Assembly: GCA_024762335.1 (NCBI GenBank)
Contig: JANTHO010000006.1
Span: forward strand, 1,912 to 65,911
Source: Acidimicrobiia bacterium
Lineage (GTDB): Bacteria; Actinomycetota; Acidimicrobiia; Spongiisociales; UBA5794
Direction of reading: 5' to 3'
Length of the DNA: 64,000 bases
The notes under the pieces are model-generated. The model had not been told where the DNA came from and ran no database searches. It saw only the letters and a list, made by a program, of their open reading frames with translations. The stretch's first letter is position 1, and every line of letters starts with the position of its first letter. Below, piece after piece: positions 54,981 through 64,000 of the stretch. Made by a program: the position numbers and the translations under genes.

Positions 54981-55025
54981 GGCACGAACGGAACCGACGA
55001 TGTTCGCTGCGATCGAGGATGAATC

Positions 55026-56483
55026 TCAAGGGATGGCGTGAACCGTCGTTCCGATGGGGGCCCACTGATAGAGAGCGTAGGCCTTGGCGTCGGATTGTCG
55101 AACGCAACCACCCGAAAGGTGGGTACCGAGCTGATCCTCCGTCTGCAACGGCCGACCGTCGGCATATCTCGGGATCGCGTGGAACCCGTACGACCATTTG
55201 TTGTCCCAGGTATATGGTCTCACGAACCGAACCATGTATTTCATCGTGATACCGCCGTACGGGGCCCACGCGTTCACGGACTTCGAGAAGACCTTGTACG
55301 TTGCATAGTGGGGGATCCCAACACGGCCGGACACGAGATAGGTGTCATGCAAAGTCTCGTCCGCGTTGATGAGCCAGACTCGCTGTGCCGAGTTGGAGTA
55401 GATGATCCGCTTGCCCGAACCGACCGCCGGGTACGGTGGAACCCACGACTCGCACGCCGATCCTGTGCGAGCGGCGATCGCATCGCCGGTGATCGAGTTC
55501 ATCGAAGCGGCCGTCACGAAGAGGATCGGCGCCCCTCCTGTGGCGGGCGTGGCGGCCAGCCCATCGGGGAAGTTGTTGGCCGTGACGATGAAAACCCGGC
55601 TGCCAGGCGCGTCCGCGGCTACAGCAGCAGCCGTGGTGTATCGGGAAGCTCCGGATATCCGTGTGACCTCGCCCGTGGCGAAGGTCGCCAGCTCCGACAT
55701 GACAGCGTCGCTAACCACACCTGAACTGCCGACGATCACGATCCGCTCGGGCCCGAGCCGACGCAACTCCGCCCCTGTAGCGTCCGGTACGTTGTCCTTT
55801 GTGACGAGGAGCAGTGGAGCGTTCTCCGTCGCGGCACGGGGTCCGGCAACCATTGCGTCGAGGTAATTGAGGCCCGTCACCACAAAGGCGGTCGAGGCGC
55901 CGGCGCTGAAGTACCACTGTGAGATCGCGGCCGCGGTTTCGTAGCGGTCTCGACCGTCGAGTCGTATGACTTCTGGGAAACGCGACTTGAGTTCCTGCTC
56001 GACTTTGGCGGAAATGACGGCGGTTCCGCCGAGAAGGATGATCCGGTTCGGGGACACTCGCGAGAGCGCGGCGTCCGTTGCCCATGGAATGTCGTCCCGT
56101 TCGGTCAGAAGCATCGGGGCATTCAGCAGTGCCGCGACGGGTCCTCCGCCGAGGGCATCGGGGTAATTCAAGCCCGTGGCGAGGAAGACGGTGTCCGCTG
56201 ATTCCCACTCGTCGGCCAGAGCAGCAGCCGTTTCGTACCGGTTGGGTCCAGCGATTCTTCGGACGCTATCGGGGGTACATGACCCGAGATGATCGACCAT
56301 GGCGTCAGGTATGACCGCGGTGCCTCCCACAACCACGATCTCAGCATCCGACGTGGCTGCCTGTGCAGATGCCAGGCCGACGATCTGCACGAGTGTCAAT
56401 ACCAGGGCCATCCCCGCCATGATCATGAATCGTTGATGTCGCACGCGTTTTCCTCCCAAATGGGTCATCGGCAGAACGGACAT
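55026..56483 (-). CDS. Secreted protein: N-terminal 3 x CWB2 + C-terminal YkuD-type L,D-transpeptidase domain
   Basis: Signal peptide ...MIMAGMALVLTLVQIVGLASAQA. Three CWB2 modules. YkuD-like C-terminus GFHAIP ... GTHLSGGCVRQSDAKAYALYQWAPIGTTVHAI (catalytic Cys context). Confidence 0.85.
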   Translation of the reverse strand: MSVLPMTHLGGKRVRHQRFMIMAGMALVLTLVQIVGLASAQAATSDAEIVVVGGTAVIPDAMVDHLGSCTPDSVRRIAGPNRYETAAALADEWESADTVFLATGLNYPDALGGGPVAALLNAPMLLTERDDIPWATDAALSRVSPNRIILLGGTAVISAKVEQELKSRFPEVIRLDGRDRYETAAAISQWYFSAGASTAFVVTGLNYLDAMVAGPRAATENAPLLLVTKDNVPDATGAELRRLGPERIVIVGSSGVVSDAVMSELATFATGEVTRISGASRYTTAAAVAADAPGSRVFIVTANNFPDGLAATPATGGAPILFVTAASMNSITGDAIAARTGSACESWVPPYPAVGSGKRIIYSNSAQRVWLINADETLHDTYLVSGRVGIPHYATYKVFSKSVNAWAPYGGITMKYMVRFVRPYTWDNKWSYGFHAIPRYADGRPLQTEDQLGTHLSGGCVRQSDAKAYALYQWAPIGTTVHAIP

Positions 56484-56592
56484 CTGCCTGAACGCCCTCG
56501 TACCTCCACGTTGAATGAATTATACGCTGGATGACCCGCCGGTACGCCAGTCAGCCGAGTGGACAACAAAGACCGCATAGAGACTGCCCGCC

Positions 56593-56660
56593 CCCACGCA
56601 GGATTCTGGCGCTGATCAGAAAGAAATATCGTCTGTGGCAACGCCAGATTGCATAGGGTG
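56593..56660 (+). promoter_or_regulatory. Conserved ~65-bp leader element, copy A' (upstream of the methyltransferase)
   Basis: Homologous to 41156-41220. Inverted repeat TCTGGCG (56604-56610) / CGCCAGA (56642-56648) with about 31 nt between the arms. Confidence 0.45.
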
Positions 56661-56666
56661 GCGCTC

Positions 56667-57263
56667 ATGGACATCGATGCTTTCCGTGACATGTGGGACG
56701 ACCGGTACAACGCGAAGGGCGCTGTGTGGGGGCTCGAGCCGAACCGGTTCCTCGTCGAGATCGCCGACGGGCTGAGTCCGCGCCGTGTCCTCGATCTCGG
56801 ATGCGGTCAGGGACGCAACTCGCTGTGGCTCGCCGCGCAGGGGCACACGGTCACCGGTCTCGACCTGTCGCCGGTCGCCATCGACCAGGCCCGCGAAGCA
56901 GCAGCGAAACTCGGTCTCGACATCACGTTCGAAGCCGTCGACCTCTCCACATGGGATCCTGCGGGGCAGGAGTGGGATCTCGTCATCCTGACCTACCTGC
57001 ACCTCCCCGACGACCTGCGGCGCATCGTGCACCGGACGGCGCGAGAAGCCGTCGCTCCCGGTGGAACCGTCGCCGTCATCGCCCACCACCTAGAGAATCT
57101 GACTACCGGGGCGGGCGGTCCGCAGAACGCCGAACTGCTCTTCACCGAAACGCAACTCGCTGAGGACTTCGCCGGCTTCGACGTCGAGCGAAATGAGAAG
57201 GTGATCCGGTCAACGAATGCCGGAGACGCGATCGACATCGTGCTCGTGGCACGCAAACCGTAG
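56667..57263 (+). CDS. Class I SAM-dependent methyltransferase (TehB-like small-molecule type)
   Basis: RVLDLGCGQGRNSLWLAAQGHTVTGLDLSPVAIDQA, WDLVILTYLHL. Start trimmed to the ATG at 56667. Confidence 0.9.
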   Translation: MDIDAFRDMWDDRYNAKGAVWGLEPNRFLVEIADGLSPRRVLDLGCGQGRNSLWLAAQGHTVTGLDLSPVAIDQAREAAAKLGLDITFEAVDLSTWDPAGQEWDLVILTYLHLPDDLRRIVHRTAREAVAPGGTVAVIAHHLENLTTGAGGPQNAELLFTETQLAEDFAGFDVERNEKVIRSTNAGDAIDIVLVARKP

Positions 57264-57264
57264 A

Positions 57265-57735
57265 TCAAATACGTGTCGCCCGGCTGGGCGGCCAGTAGCG
57301 CGCCACGACCTTCCAATCCACGTCTGCGATCGGGATCGGGCCGAGCACCCTGCTGTCCACCGACGACCCGCACCGGTTGTCGCCCAGGACCCAGACCATG
57401 CCCTCGGGAACGATGTCATCGGACTCGCCGCACATCCGCCCCTCGCACCACGGGTCTGCGAGCACCTCGCCGTCGATGTAGATCTCGCCGTTCGACGCTG
57501 TGACGCGCTCTCCGGGCAGACCAATCACTCGCTTGACGATGAACCGATCGGGATACGACGGGTGGGTGAATACGACAACGTCGCCACGCGATGGGACACC
57601 GCGCCGGCGCTGGGCGATCACCCAATCGTCCGGCTCGAACGCCGGTTGCATCGAAGCATCGACGATCGTGAAACGACGCGACATGCCGCCGATCGCTGCG
57701 ACACCGATCATCGCCACACCGGCGGTGGCGGCCAC
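57265..57735 (-). CDS. sodX: Signal peptidase I-family protease, Ni-SOD maturation protease type
   Basis: SMQPAFEPDDWV (catalytic Ser context), FIVKRVIGLPGERV (Lys), VWVLGDNRCGSSVDSR. Divergent from sodN. Confidence 0.8.
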   Translation of the reverse strand: MAATAGVAMIGVAAIGGMSRRFTIVDASMQPAFEPDDWVIAQRRRGVPSRGDVVVFTHPSYPDRFIVKRVIGLPGERVTASNGEIYIDGEVLADPWCEGRMCGESDDIVPEGMVWVLGDNRCGSSVDSRVLGPIPIADVDWKVVARYWPPSRATRI

Positions 57736-57855
57736 GAGACCCCTCTTGCGGATATGCCCTCCTCTGCCCGATGCGAGTGTACGCGAAGGAACTCGCGAGA
57801 TGGCGTCATCCGCCGGGGTAGGGTGGAACGGTCAGCCGATCCCATAGGAGGGACC

Positions 57856-58284
57856 ATGAATCTCGTCGAGAAGATCCTCGCACCCCGCTACGAGGCGCAC
57901 GCCCACTGCGACCTATTTTGCGGGACGTACGACCCGGCTCAGGCAGCGATCGAAGCCGACTCGTGTCTCAAGATCGTCAAGAAGTACCACGACTCCGACG
58001 ACGAGGTGTTCCGCGCCCGGGCGATCTTCATCAAGGAGGAGCGTGCCGAACTCGTCAAGCAGCACCTTTGGATTCTGTGGACCGACTTCTTCGAGCCGAA
58101 GCACGTCGAGGAGTTCCCGGGTCTGCATGATCTGTTCTGGCGTGCCACGAAGGCGGCCGGCGCGGCGAAGAAGTCGATGAGCGTCGAAGCGCAACAGGAG
58201 ATGATCGACCTCATCGGAGAGGTGGCCGAGGTGTTCTGGGCGACGGACAAGGCCAAGGGCGCCGGCGTCTATCCTCCGAGCTGA
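57856..58284 (+). CDS. sodN: Nickel-containing superoxide dismutase precursor
   Basis: 16-aa leader MNLVEKILAPRYEAHA followed by the Ni-hook HCDLFCGTYDPAQAAIEA. RBS AGGAGGGA. 142 aa. Confidence 0.95.
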   Translation: MNLVEKILAPRYEAHAHCDLFCGTYDPAQAAIEADSCLKIVKKYHDSDDEVFRARAIFIKEERAELVKQHLWILWTDFFEPKHVEEFPGLHDLFWRATKAAGAAKKSMSVEAQQEMIDLIGEVAEVFWATDKAKGAGVYPPS

Positions 58285-58288
58285 TCGG

Positions 58289-58305
58289 ACCCGGATCGTC
58301 CGGGT
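58289..58305 (+). terminator. Candidate intrinsic terminator hairpin after sodN
   Basis: ACCCGGA-TCG-TCCGGGT (7-bp stem, 3-nt loop) starting 5 nt after the sodN stop. No T-tract. Confidence 0.4.
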
Positions 58306-58359
58306 GGAACCGATCGTACGAGCCGGACATCGCCCGGCGGTGAGCAACGGAGGAAATCG

Positions 58360-58722
58360 ATGGGAGACACCTGGACGATCAACTATCTGCCGGAAGACGG
58401 TGGACGACTCACGGGCAAACTGACCGTCGGCGACGAGAACGTGCAGTTCGATGCACTGTACGACTCGTCGAACGCACAGGTGGTCAAAGGTATTCTGAGT
58501 TCGGCCGCTGCGTTCGCCGCTACGGGGGGACACGCGGCGTACATTCATAACACCGACACCGAACTCTCGGTCGTGTTGCCCAGAGCCGACATCGCCTCGG
58601 CCGAGCAAGCCAAGAAGGGCATGATGAAACGCGCCGTCATCAAGATGAAAGACGGCAGCGAGTTCGTCTTCGACTACGGGATGCTCTCGACGAAGAAGCT
58701 CGTCGCAGCCATCAACGGATAA
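58360..58722 (+). CDS. Hypothetical protein (120 aa)
   Basis: RBS GGAGGAAA before the ATG. Coding-like composition. No motif recognised. Confidence 0.7.
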   Translation: MGDTWTINYLPEDGGRLTGKLTVGDENVQFDALYDSSNAQVVKGILSSAAAFAATGGHAAYIHNTDTELSVVLPRADIASAEQAKKGMMKRAVIKMKDGSEFVFDYGMLSTKKLVAAING

Positions 58723-58793
58723 CTCTTAGCGGAGGGCCCGGTCGGTTCTCGGCCGGGTCCTCCGTGATACCGTGCGGCAACTGTGAGGCGACG

Positions 58794-60029
58794 ATGAGCG
58801 AGACTGCGGCAACCCGCGTGTACGGCTACCGGTGGGTCGTGCTCGGTGTCTTCGCCCTCCTCAACGCCCTCGTCCAGATGAACTGGATCACGTTCGCAGC
58901 AGTCACCGGTGACGCCTCCGCCTTCTACGACGTGTCGGTGCTGAACATCGGCCTGCTGTCGATGATCTTCATGATCGTGTTCATCGTGATGGCCGTCCCG
59001 GCGTCGTGGGTGATCGACACCTACGGTCTCCGATTCGGCGTCGGTGTCGGCGCCGCCTTCACCGGCGTGTTCGCCCTCATGCGTGGCATCTTCGCCGACG
59101 ACTACACGATGGTTGTGATCGCGACGGTCGGTCTCGCCATCGGCCAGCCGTTCGTGATGAACGCCGTCACGAAGGTCGGAGCCCGGTGGTTCGCGGTGAC
59201 CGAACGGGCCACGGCGGCATCGGTCCCGTCCCTCGCTCAGTTCTTCGGCATCATCACAGCGATGGTCGTGACCCCCATCCTCGTTTCGAGTTACGGGATG
59301 GAGGGGATGCTCCGGATCTATGGCCTGGCAACGGCCGTCGGCGCTCTGGCGGCGATCGTCCTGATCCGGGAACGACCACCGACGCCGCCGAGCCTCGTCG
59401 ACGCCGAAGAGCGCTTCGCCGTGTTCACCGGCCTGCGGCACATCTTCCGCCAGCGCGACATGTGGATCCTCCTGGTCGTGTTTTTCGTCGGTCTGGGGAT
59501 GTTCAACGGGATCAGCACCTGGATCGAACAGATCGTTGCACCGCGCGGCTTCGACCCGGAGCAGGCCGGTCTCATCGGCGGATCGATGCTCGTCGGGGGT
59601 ATCGTCGGCGCCGCGGTGATCTCTGTCTGGTCGGATCACTCCCGTCGCCGGAAGCCGTTCCTCGTCATGGCGCTCGTCGGCGTGCTGCCGGGTCTCGTCG
59701 GTTTGGCGTTCGCCGGACAACTGTCGATTCTGCTCCTCGCGGCGTTCGTTTTCGGATTCTTCCTCATGAGCGCCTATCCGGTCGGGATGCAGTACAGCGC
59801 CGAAGTCAGCTACCCGGCACCCGAATCGACGTCGCAGGGCCTCATCATCCTGGCCGGCCAGATCGCCGGAATCATCTTCATCTTCGGAATGGACGCGCTT
59901 CGCTCCGGGCCGGATGCGTCCATGACGGCGTCGTTGGTCGTGTTCATCGTTCTCACCCTGGCAACGATCGGCCTCACCGCGTTCATGGGTGAGTCCCCGA
60001 TGATCATCGCCGAGCGCGATCGCACATAG
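58794..60029 (+). CDS. MFS transporter
   Basis: Twelve hydrophobic segments. The N-terminus YRWVVLGVFALLNALVQMNWITFAAV is reminiscent of FLVCR-type or oxalate:formate-type MFS proteins. Confidence 0.9.
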   Translation: MSETAATRVYGYRWVVLGVFALLNALVQMNWITFAAVTGDASAFYDVSVLNIGLLSMIFMIVFIVMAVPASWVIDTYGLRFGVGVGAAFTGVFALMRGIFADDYTMVVIATVGLAIGQPFVMNAVTKVGARWFAVTERATAASVPSLAQFFGIITAMVVTPILVSSYGMEGMLRIYGLATAVGALAAIVLIRERPPTPPSLVDAEERFAVFTGLRHIFRQRDMWILLVVFFVGLGMFNGISTWIEQIVAPRGFDPEQAGLIGGSMLVGGIVGAAVISVWSDHSRRRKPFLVMALVGVLPGLVGLAFAGQLSILLLAAFVFGFFLMSAYPVGMQYSAEVSYPAPESTSQGLIILAGQIAGIIFIFGMDALRSGPDASMTASLVVFIVLTLATIGLTAFMGESPMIIAERDRT

Positions 60030-60100
60030 CGGAGCGCCGGGAACGTTTCCGTCACACCCGACTCGTACGGTGTCCGCATGCTCTGACCGAAGGGGGTACC

Positions 60101-60716
<616 letters not shown>

Positions 60717-60739
60717 GACGGGTGTGGTCGGTGGTGGGG

Positions 60740-61117
60740 TCAGGCGAGCGGGCGGTTCCTGAGACTGTGGAGCATCCGCTGGATCTCTGAGAGTTCGGAG
60801 AGATGATCTGAGGCCTGATTCTTGTCGAAGAGGCCGATGTCTCGCGCGATGAGTATCTGCGTCTCGAGCTCGTATGCCGAGCCCAGGGCGATTCCCAGAA
60901 AGCGTTGGAAGTCTCGCTGCGACCTCCGGCCTGCACCTTCGGCGATGTTGGAAGGTATCGAGACGCTCGCTCGGGTGATCTGGTCACCGATGGAGTAGCG
61001 CTCAGGTCCTCTGAACCGGCGAGCAGCATCGATCAGTTCTATCGATAGTCGAAGAGAGCGCTGCCACACTCGCAGGCGTTTGAAGTCGTGCACCCCGACA
61101 CCGATATCAGAGATCAC
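60740..61117 (-). CDS. Four-helix-bundle protein (23S rRNA intervening-sequence protein family)
   Basis: DFKRLRVWQRSLRLSIELI ... ITRASVSIPSNIAEGAGRRSQRDFQRFLGIALGSAYELETQILIA. Confidence 0.9.
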   Translation of the reverse strand: MISDIGVGVHDFKRLRVWQRSLRLSIELIDAARRFRGPERYSIGDQITRASVSIPSNIAEGAGRRSQRDFQRFLGIALGSAYELETQILIARDIGLFDKNQASDHLSELSEIQRMLHSLRNRPLA

Positions 61118-61145
61118 CGACGATTACCAGACCCCCGCCTTCGTG

Positions 61146-61180
<35 letters not shown>

Positions 61181-61183
61181 CGA

Positions 61184-62797
61184 TCACCCGATGATCTCCA
61201 TCAGATCCGTTTCGTCCGGGTCGTTCGAGGGGCGTCGTCTTGCAGCGGCCGTCAGGATGTCGTAGAGGAACGACCCGAGGCTGAAGGCGATCCCGGCGAA
61301 CACGGCTGACCCAACGAGCACGGCCGTGAGGCTCACGATCGTGGTCGGCCCCGGCATGTTCGTTGCAATCACCCAACTGGTGAGGAAAGCTGCACCGGCG
61401 CCGATGACGCTCGGGGGAATGGCTCTCCCCGCGACGGCCAGGACCTTGCGCAGCCGTGCTCGCCCTTCGGGGCCCTTGTACCAGAGCAGCGCCAGCACGG
61501 TCGTGTAGAAACCGAGCGACAGGACGCTTGCCAGGGCGACACCGCGGATTCCGAACGTCTCCGCCAGGAAGAAGTACAGCGGGATCGCGACCGCGGTCGA
61601 CACCGTGCCGACGATCACCGGCGTCCACATCGACCGGCGTGCGTAGAAGGCCCGTGTAATGATCTGCAGCGCACCCCAGATGGGGATGGCGAGCGCGTAG
61701 AAGAACAGAGCCGCCGCCGTTGCCGAACTGTCGGAAACGTCGAACGCGTAACGTTCGAACAGCGTGCGGACGACCGGCAATGCAAGCGCAGCAAGGAGAC
61801 CGGCCGCAGCGATCGACAGGACCAGCACCCATCGCATCGCCTTGTCGACGGTGCGATGCATGGCCCGAATGTTGCCTTCGGCCCACAGGCGGGAAAGGAA
61901 CGGGTAGGCCGCGACCGCAGCTCCCTGGGCGATGATGCCGATCGGCACGAACATCGTTCGCCGTGCGTAGAGAAGTTGGGTCTGGACGCCGTCGCCGACG
62001 AGGTCTCCGAAGACCGACATGAACGACTCATCGAGCGCGACGACCGATTGCCCGATCATGAGCGGGATCGCGAGCAGGACGTACTGCCGGACCGCCGGAT
62101 GGAGCCACCCGCCGCTGAAGTCGAGCCGCATGCCGACCCGTCTCGCCCCCCACCACTGGATGATGAAGTTCCCGATGAACGCACCTGCAACGGCGCCCCA
62201 GATGAACCCCTCCGGGTCTGCGTTGCCGGTAATCCAGGCCCAGAGGACACCTCCGGCGATGATGCCCACGTTGTAGATGATCGGAGCCAGCGTCGGAATG
62301 GCGAAGAAGCCTTTCGCATACTGGACGGATGCGAACATGGCGCCGACGACGAACGCGAACTGTGCGGTCATGACGATGCGGGTCAATCGCACCGTGTTCG
62401 TGATCTGCAGTGCGGTGAATTCTGGATAGATCGTGCGGATGATCCACGGTGCCGCGAACCAGGCGGCGATGATCAGGACCGTGATCGAGATGGCGAGCCA
62501 TCGGACGATCGAGGAGAAACCCCGCCACCCCTCGGCCTCCTCCTCACGGGCGAGGTACTTGGAGAAGATGGGGATGAAGGTGATGGTGAGGAATCCGCCG
62601 GCGAGCAGATAGTTCGCATAGTCGGGGATACGGAACGCAGCGACGTACTGGTCGGTGACCCCGTCCGCGCCGAGGATCGCGGCGAAGATGATCTCACGCA
62701 GCACGCCGAGAACACGGGAGATAAGGATGCCGCCGGAGACGATGAGCGCGGCGATCCCGATCCTGCTCGTTTTCAGCCGGTCCGTGGAGGGGCTCAT
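61184..62797 (-). CDS. murJ: Lipid II flippase MurJ/MviN
   Basis: ILISRVLGVLREIIFAAILGADGVTDQYVAAFRIPDYANYLLAGGFLTITFIPIF. 14 predicted hydrophobic segments. Confidence 0.9.
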   Translation of the reverse strand: MSPSTDRLKTSRIGIAALIVSGGILISRVLGVLREIIFAAILGADGVTDQYVAAFRIPDYANYLLAGGFLTITFIPIFSKYLAREEEAEGWRGFSSIVRWLAISITVLIIAAWFAAPWIIRTIYPEFTALQITNTVRLTRIVMTAQFAFVVGAMFASVQYAKGFFAIPTLAPIIYNVGIIAGGVLWAWITGNADPEGFIWGAVAGAFIGNFIIQWWGARRVGMRLDFSGGWLHPAVRQYVLLAIPLMIGQSVVALDESFMSVFGDLVGDGVQTQLLYARRTMFVPIGIIAQGAAVAAYPFLSRLWAEGNIRAMHRTVDKAMRWVLVLSIAAAGLLAALALPVVRTLFERYAFDVSDSSATAAALFFYALAIPIWGALQIITRAFYARRSMWTPVIVGTVSTAVAIPLYFFLAETFGIRGVALASVLSLGFYTTVLALLWYKGPEGRARLRKVLAVAGRAIPPSVIGAGAAFLTSWVIATNMPGPTTIVSLTAVLVGSAVFAGIAFSLGSFLYDILTAAARRRPSNDPDETDLMEIIG

Positions 62798-62840
62798 GAC
62801 ACCCCGATCGTAGGGCGTCCACGCCCCGGATCGTGGTCAC

Positions 62841-63590
62841 TCACGCCAGATCGCGTCTGCGCAGCACCATCGTCGTAGCGGCGATCGACACGGCGACCAC
62901 CACGAACGCTCGCAGCGTCGTCGATCCGAGACCCGAGAGGTTCACCGCACCGAAGTCGACCAGGTCTGCGGCGACACTGTCGGGGGCGAGGGCCGCGAAC
63001 GTCGACAGTCCGAGACGCCACGGAGACAAAGCCGAGAGGCCGCTCAGGGCGCTGACGACACCGTTCTCGAACACGAAGACGAACGCCAATCCAGCGAGCA
63101 CGGCACGGTCGGTGAAGAACCCGAGGGGGACGAACAGGGCCGTGTAGACGGTTCCGGCAACGATGCCGCCGAGGATAAGAGGGATCAGCACCCCCCAGAC
63201 TCCGGTCTCGAGCCCGTACATGAGGCCGAGGGCGCCTCCGCCGAGGCCGTTGAGGGCACCGACGACCAGTGCGGCTCCCAGGAACTTCGCTCCGGAAATT
63301 GCAGAGCGGGGGATCGGACGGATGACGAGGAACGACAGCGTCCCGTCCCGGCGCTCGTCGCCGAGCGCCGACGCTGAGATGATGAGCGACACGATCGGGA
63401 CGAGGAGCGGGAAGTAGAGGCCGACGACCATGGCGAGCAAACGGTTGAGAGCCGCTTCGTCGGCGAGCGTCTGCGAGGAGACGAGGAACACGAGGGCCGG
63501 GGCGATCGCGGCGAAACCGAAGATCAGGGCACGGCGAATCCCGAAGACCTGCCGGATCGTTGCCGTTGTGATCGCAAGTGACGCCCTCAT
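62841..63590 (-). CDS. ABC-2 type transporter permease
   Basis: 249 aa with six hydrophobic segments. 4-nt overlap with the upstream ATPase gene. Confidence 0.8.
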   Translation of the reverse strand: MRASLAITTATIRQVFGIRRALIFGFAAIAPALVFLVSSQTLADEAALNRLLAMVVGLYFPLLVPIVSLIISASALGDERRDGTLSFLVIRPIPRSAISGAKFLGAALVVGALNGLGGGALGLMYGLETGVWGVLIPLILGGIVAGTVYTALFVPLGFFTDRAVLAGLAFVFVFENGVVSALSGLSALSPWRLGLSTFAALAPDSVAADLVDFGAVNLSGLGSTTLRAFVVVAVSIAATTMVLRRRDLA

Positions 63591-64000
63591 CGCCGACCCA
63601 CCAGGTAGCGGAAGACGCTCTCGAGGGAGGCATCCTCCGGTCGGAAAACGGTGATGCGGGCGTCGACGTCGCCGGCGATGACCGGTACTCGTCTCCCGAG
63701 GGCCGCGAGGTCCCCGGTTTCGACGTGGAGGACGTCGTCGTCGATCGTGACACCGTGGACGAGTGCCTCTTCGAGAAGACGGGCGGCGAGCACCCGGGAC
63801 CGGTCCGTTTCGACCCGGACCCGATAGGGGATGTCGGACATGGCCCGACGGATCGCCGCTATGTCGCCGGCGGCGGCGAGGCGGCCGTCGACGATCGCGA
63901 TCACCCGGTCGGACATGCGTTCGACTTCGTCGAGAACGTGAGAGGAGACGACGATGGTCCGGCCCTCGTCGCCGAGTTGCCGGAAGAGGTTGATGAGGTG
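63587..64000 (-). CDS. ABC transporter ATP-binding protein, C-terminal part (5' end outside window)
   Basis: The frame continues to the window edge: ...LINLFRQLGDEGRTIVVSSHVLDEVERMSDRVIAIVDGRLAA (H-loop region), then a C-terminal regulatory-type domain. Confidence 0.85.
   Translation of the reverse strand, partial: HLINLFRQLGDEGRTIVVSSHVLDEVERMSDRVIAIVDGRLAAAGDIAAIRRAMSDIPYRVRVETDRSRVLAARLLEEALVHGVTIDDDVLHVETGDLAALGRRVPVIAGDVDARITVFRPEDASLESVFRYLVGRR

Overview
GC-rich, Actinomycetota-like DNA with dense coding and many 1-4 nt start/stop overlaps. I found no rRNA, tRNA or CRISPR. All calls come from reading the ORF translations and the DNA by eye; no HMM or BLAST search was run.

**Layout**
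- **1-2.5 kb:** a decayed IS3-family element. Its integrase gene is split by an intact IS30-family element with a 3-bp TGG target duplication. It also carries a second IS30-like remnant and an in-frame stop.
- **2.5-33.5 kb:** a large cell-wall glycopolymer locus.
  - Decoration genes: two sulfotransferase domains (one fused to a SAM methyltransferase), an LbH acetyltransferase, a GSCFA protein, a PP-loop/QueC-like ATPase and a pyruvyl transferase.
  - Export and sugar supply: a Wzm/Wzt ABC exporter and rmlCBAD.
  - Assembly: several multidomain GT-B/GT2 glycosyltransferases, a GtrB-like/GT-C pair, ugd, wecB and a QxxRW processive GT2 synthase.
- **33.6-38.1 kb:** a GH26-like protein with three CWB2 (cell wall binding repeat 2) modules, a DUF3048 lipoprotein and an amidase.
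- **38.3-41.9 kb:** korAB and an AlkD-like DNA repair gene.
- **42.3-56.6 kb:** a ~14.3 kb island encoding five more triple-CWB2 surface enzymes (amidase-FG-GAP, S8 protease, VanW, M23, YkuD) and a DUF354/GT4/flippase-like module.
- **56.6-64 kb:** a methyltransferase, sodX/sodN (Ni-SOD), an MFS transporter, a Uma2 nuclease, a four-helix-bundle gene framed by inverted GTAGAAA arrays, murJ and an ABC-2 transporter.

**Main leads**
- The locus may be a secondary cell wall polymer pathway (pyruvylated, sulfated, methylated) paired with a CWB2-anchored enzyme set, analogous to the Clostridioides difficile Cwp/PSII arrangement.
- The CWB2 island is bracketed by diverged duplicate copies of the korB / leader / methyltransferase / sodX junction, joined at a 10-bp microhomology.
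- The sulfotransferase-methyltransferase fusion could be a WbdD-like chain terminator.
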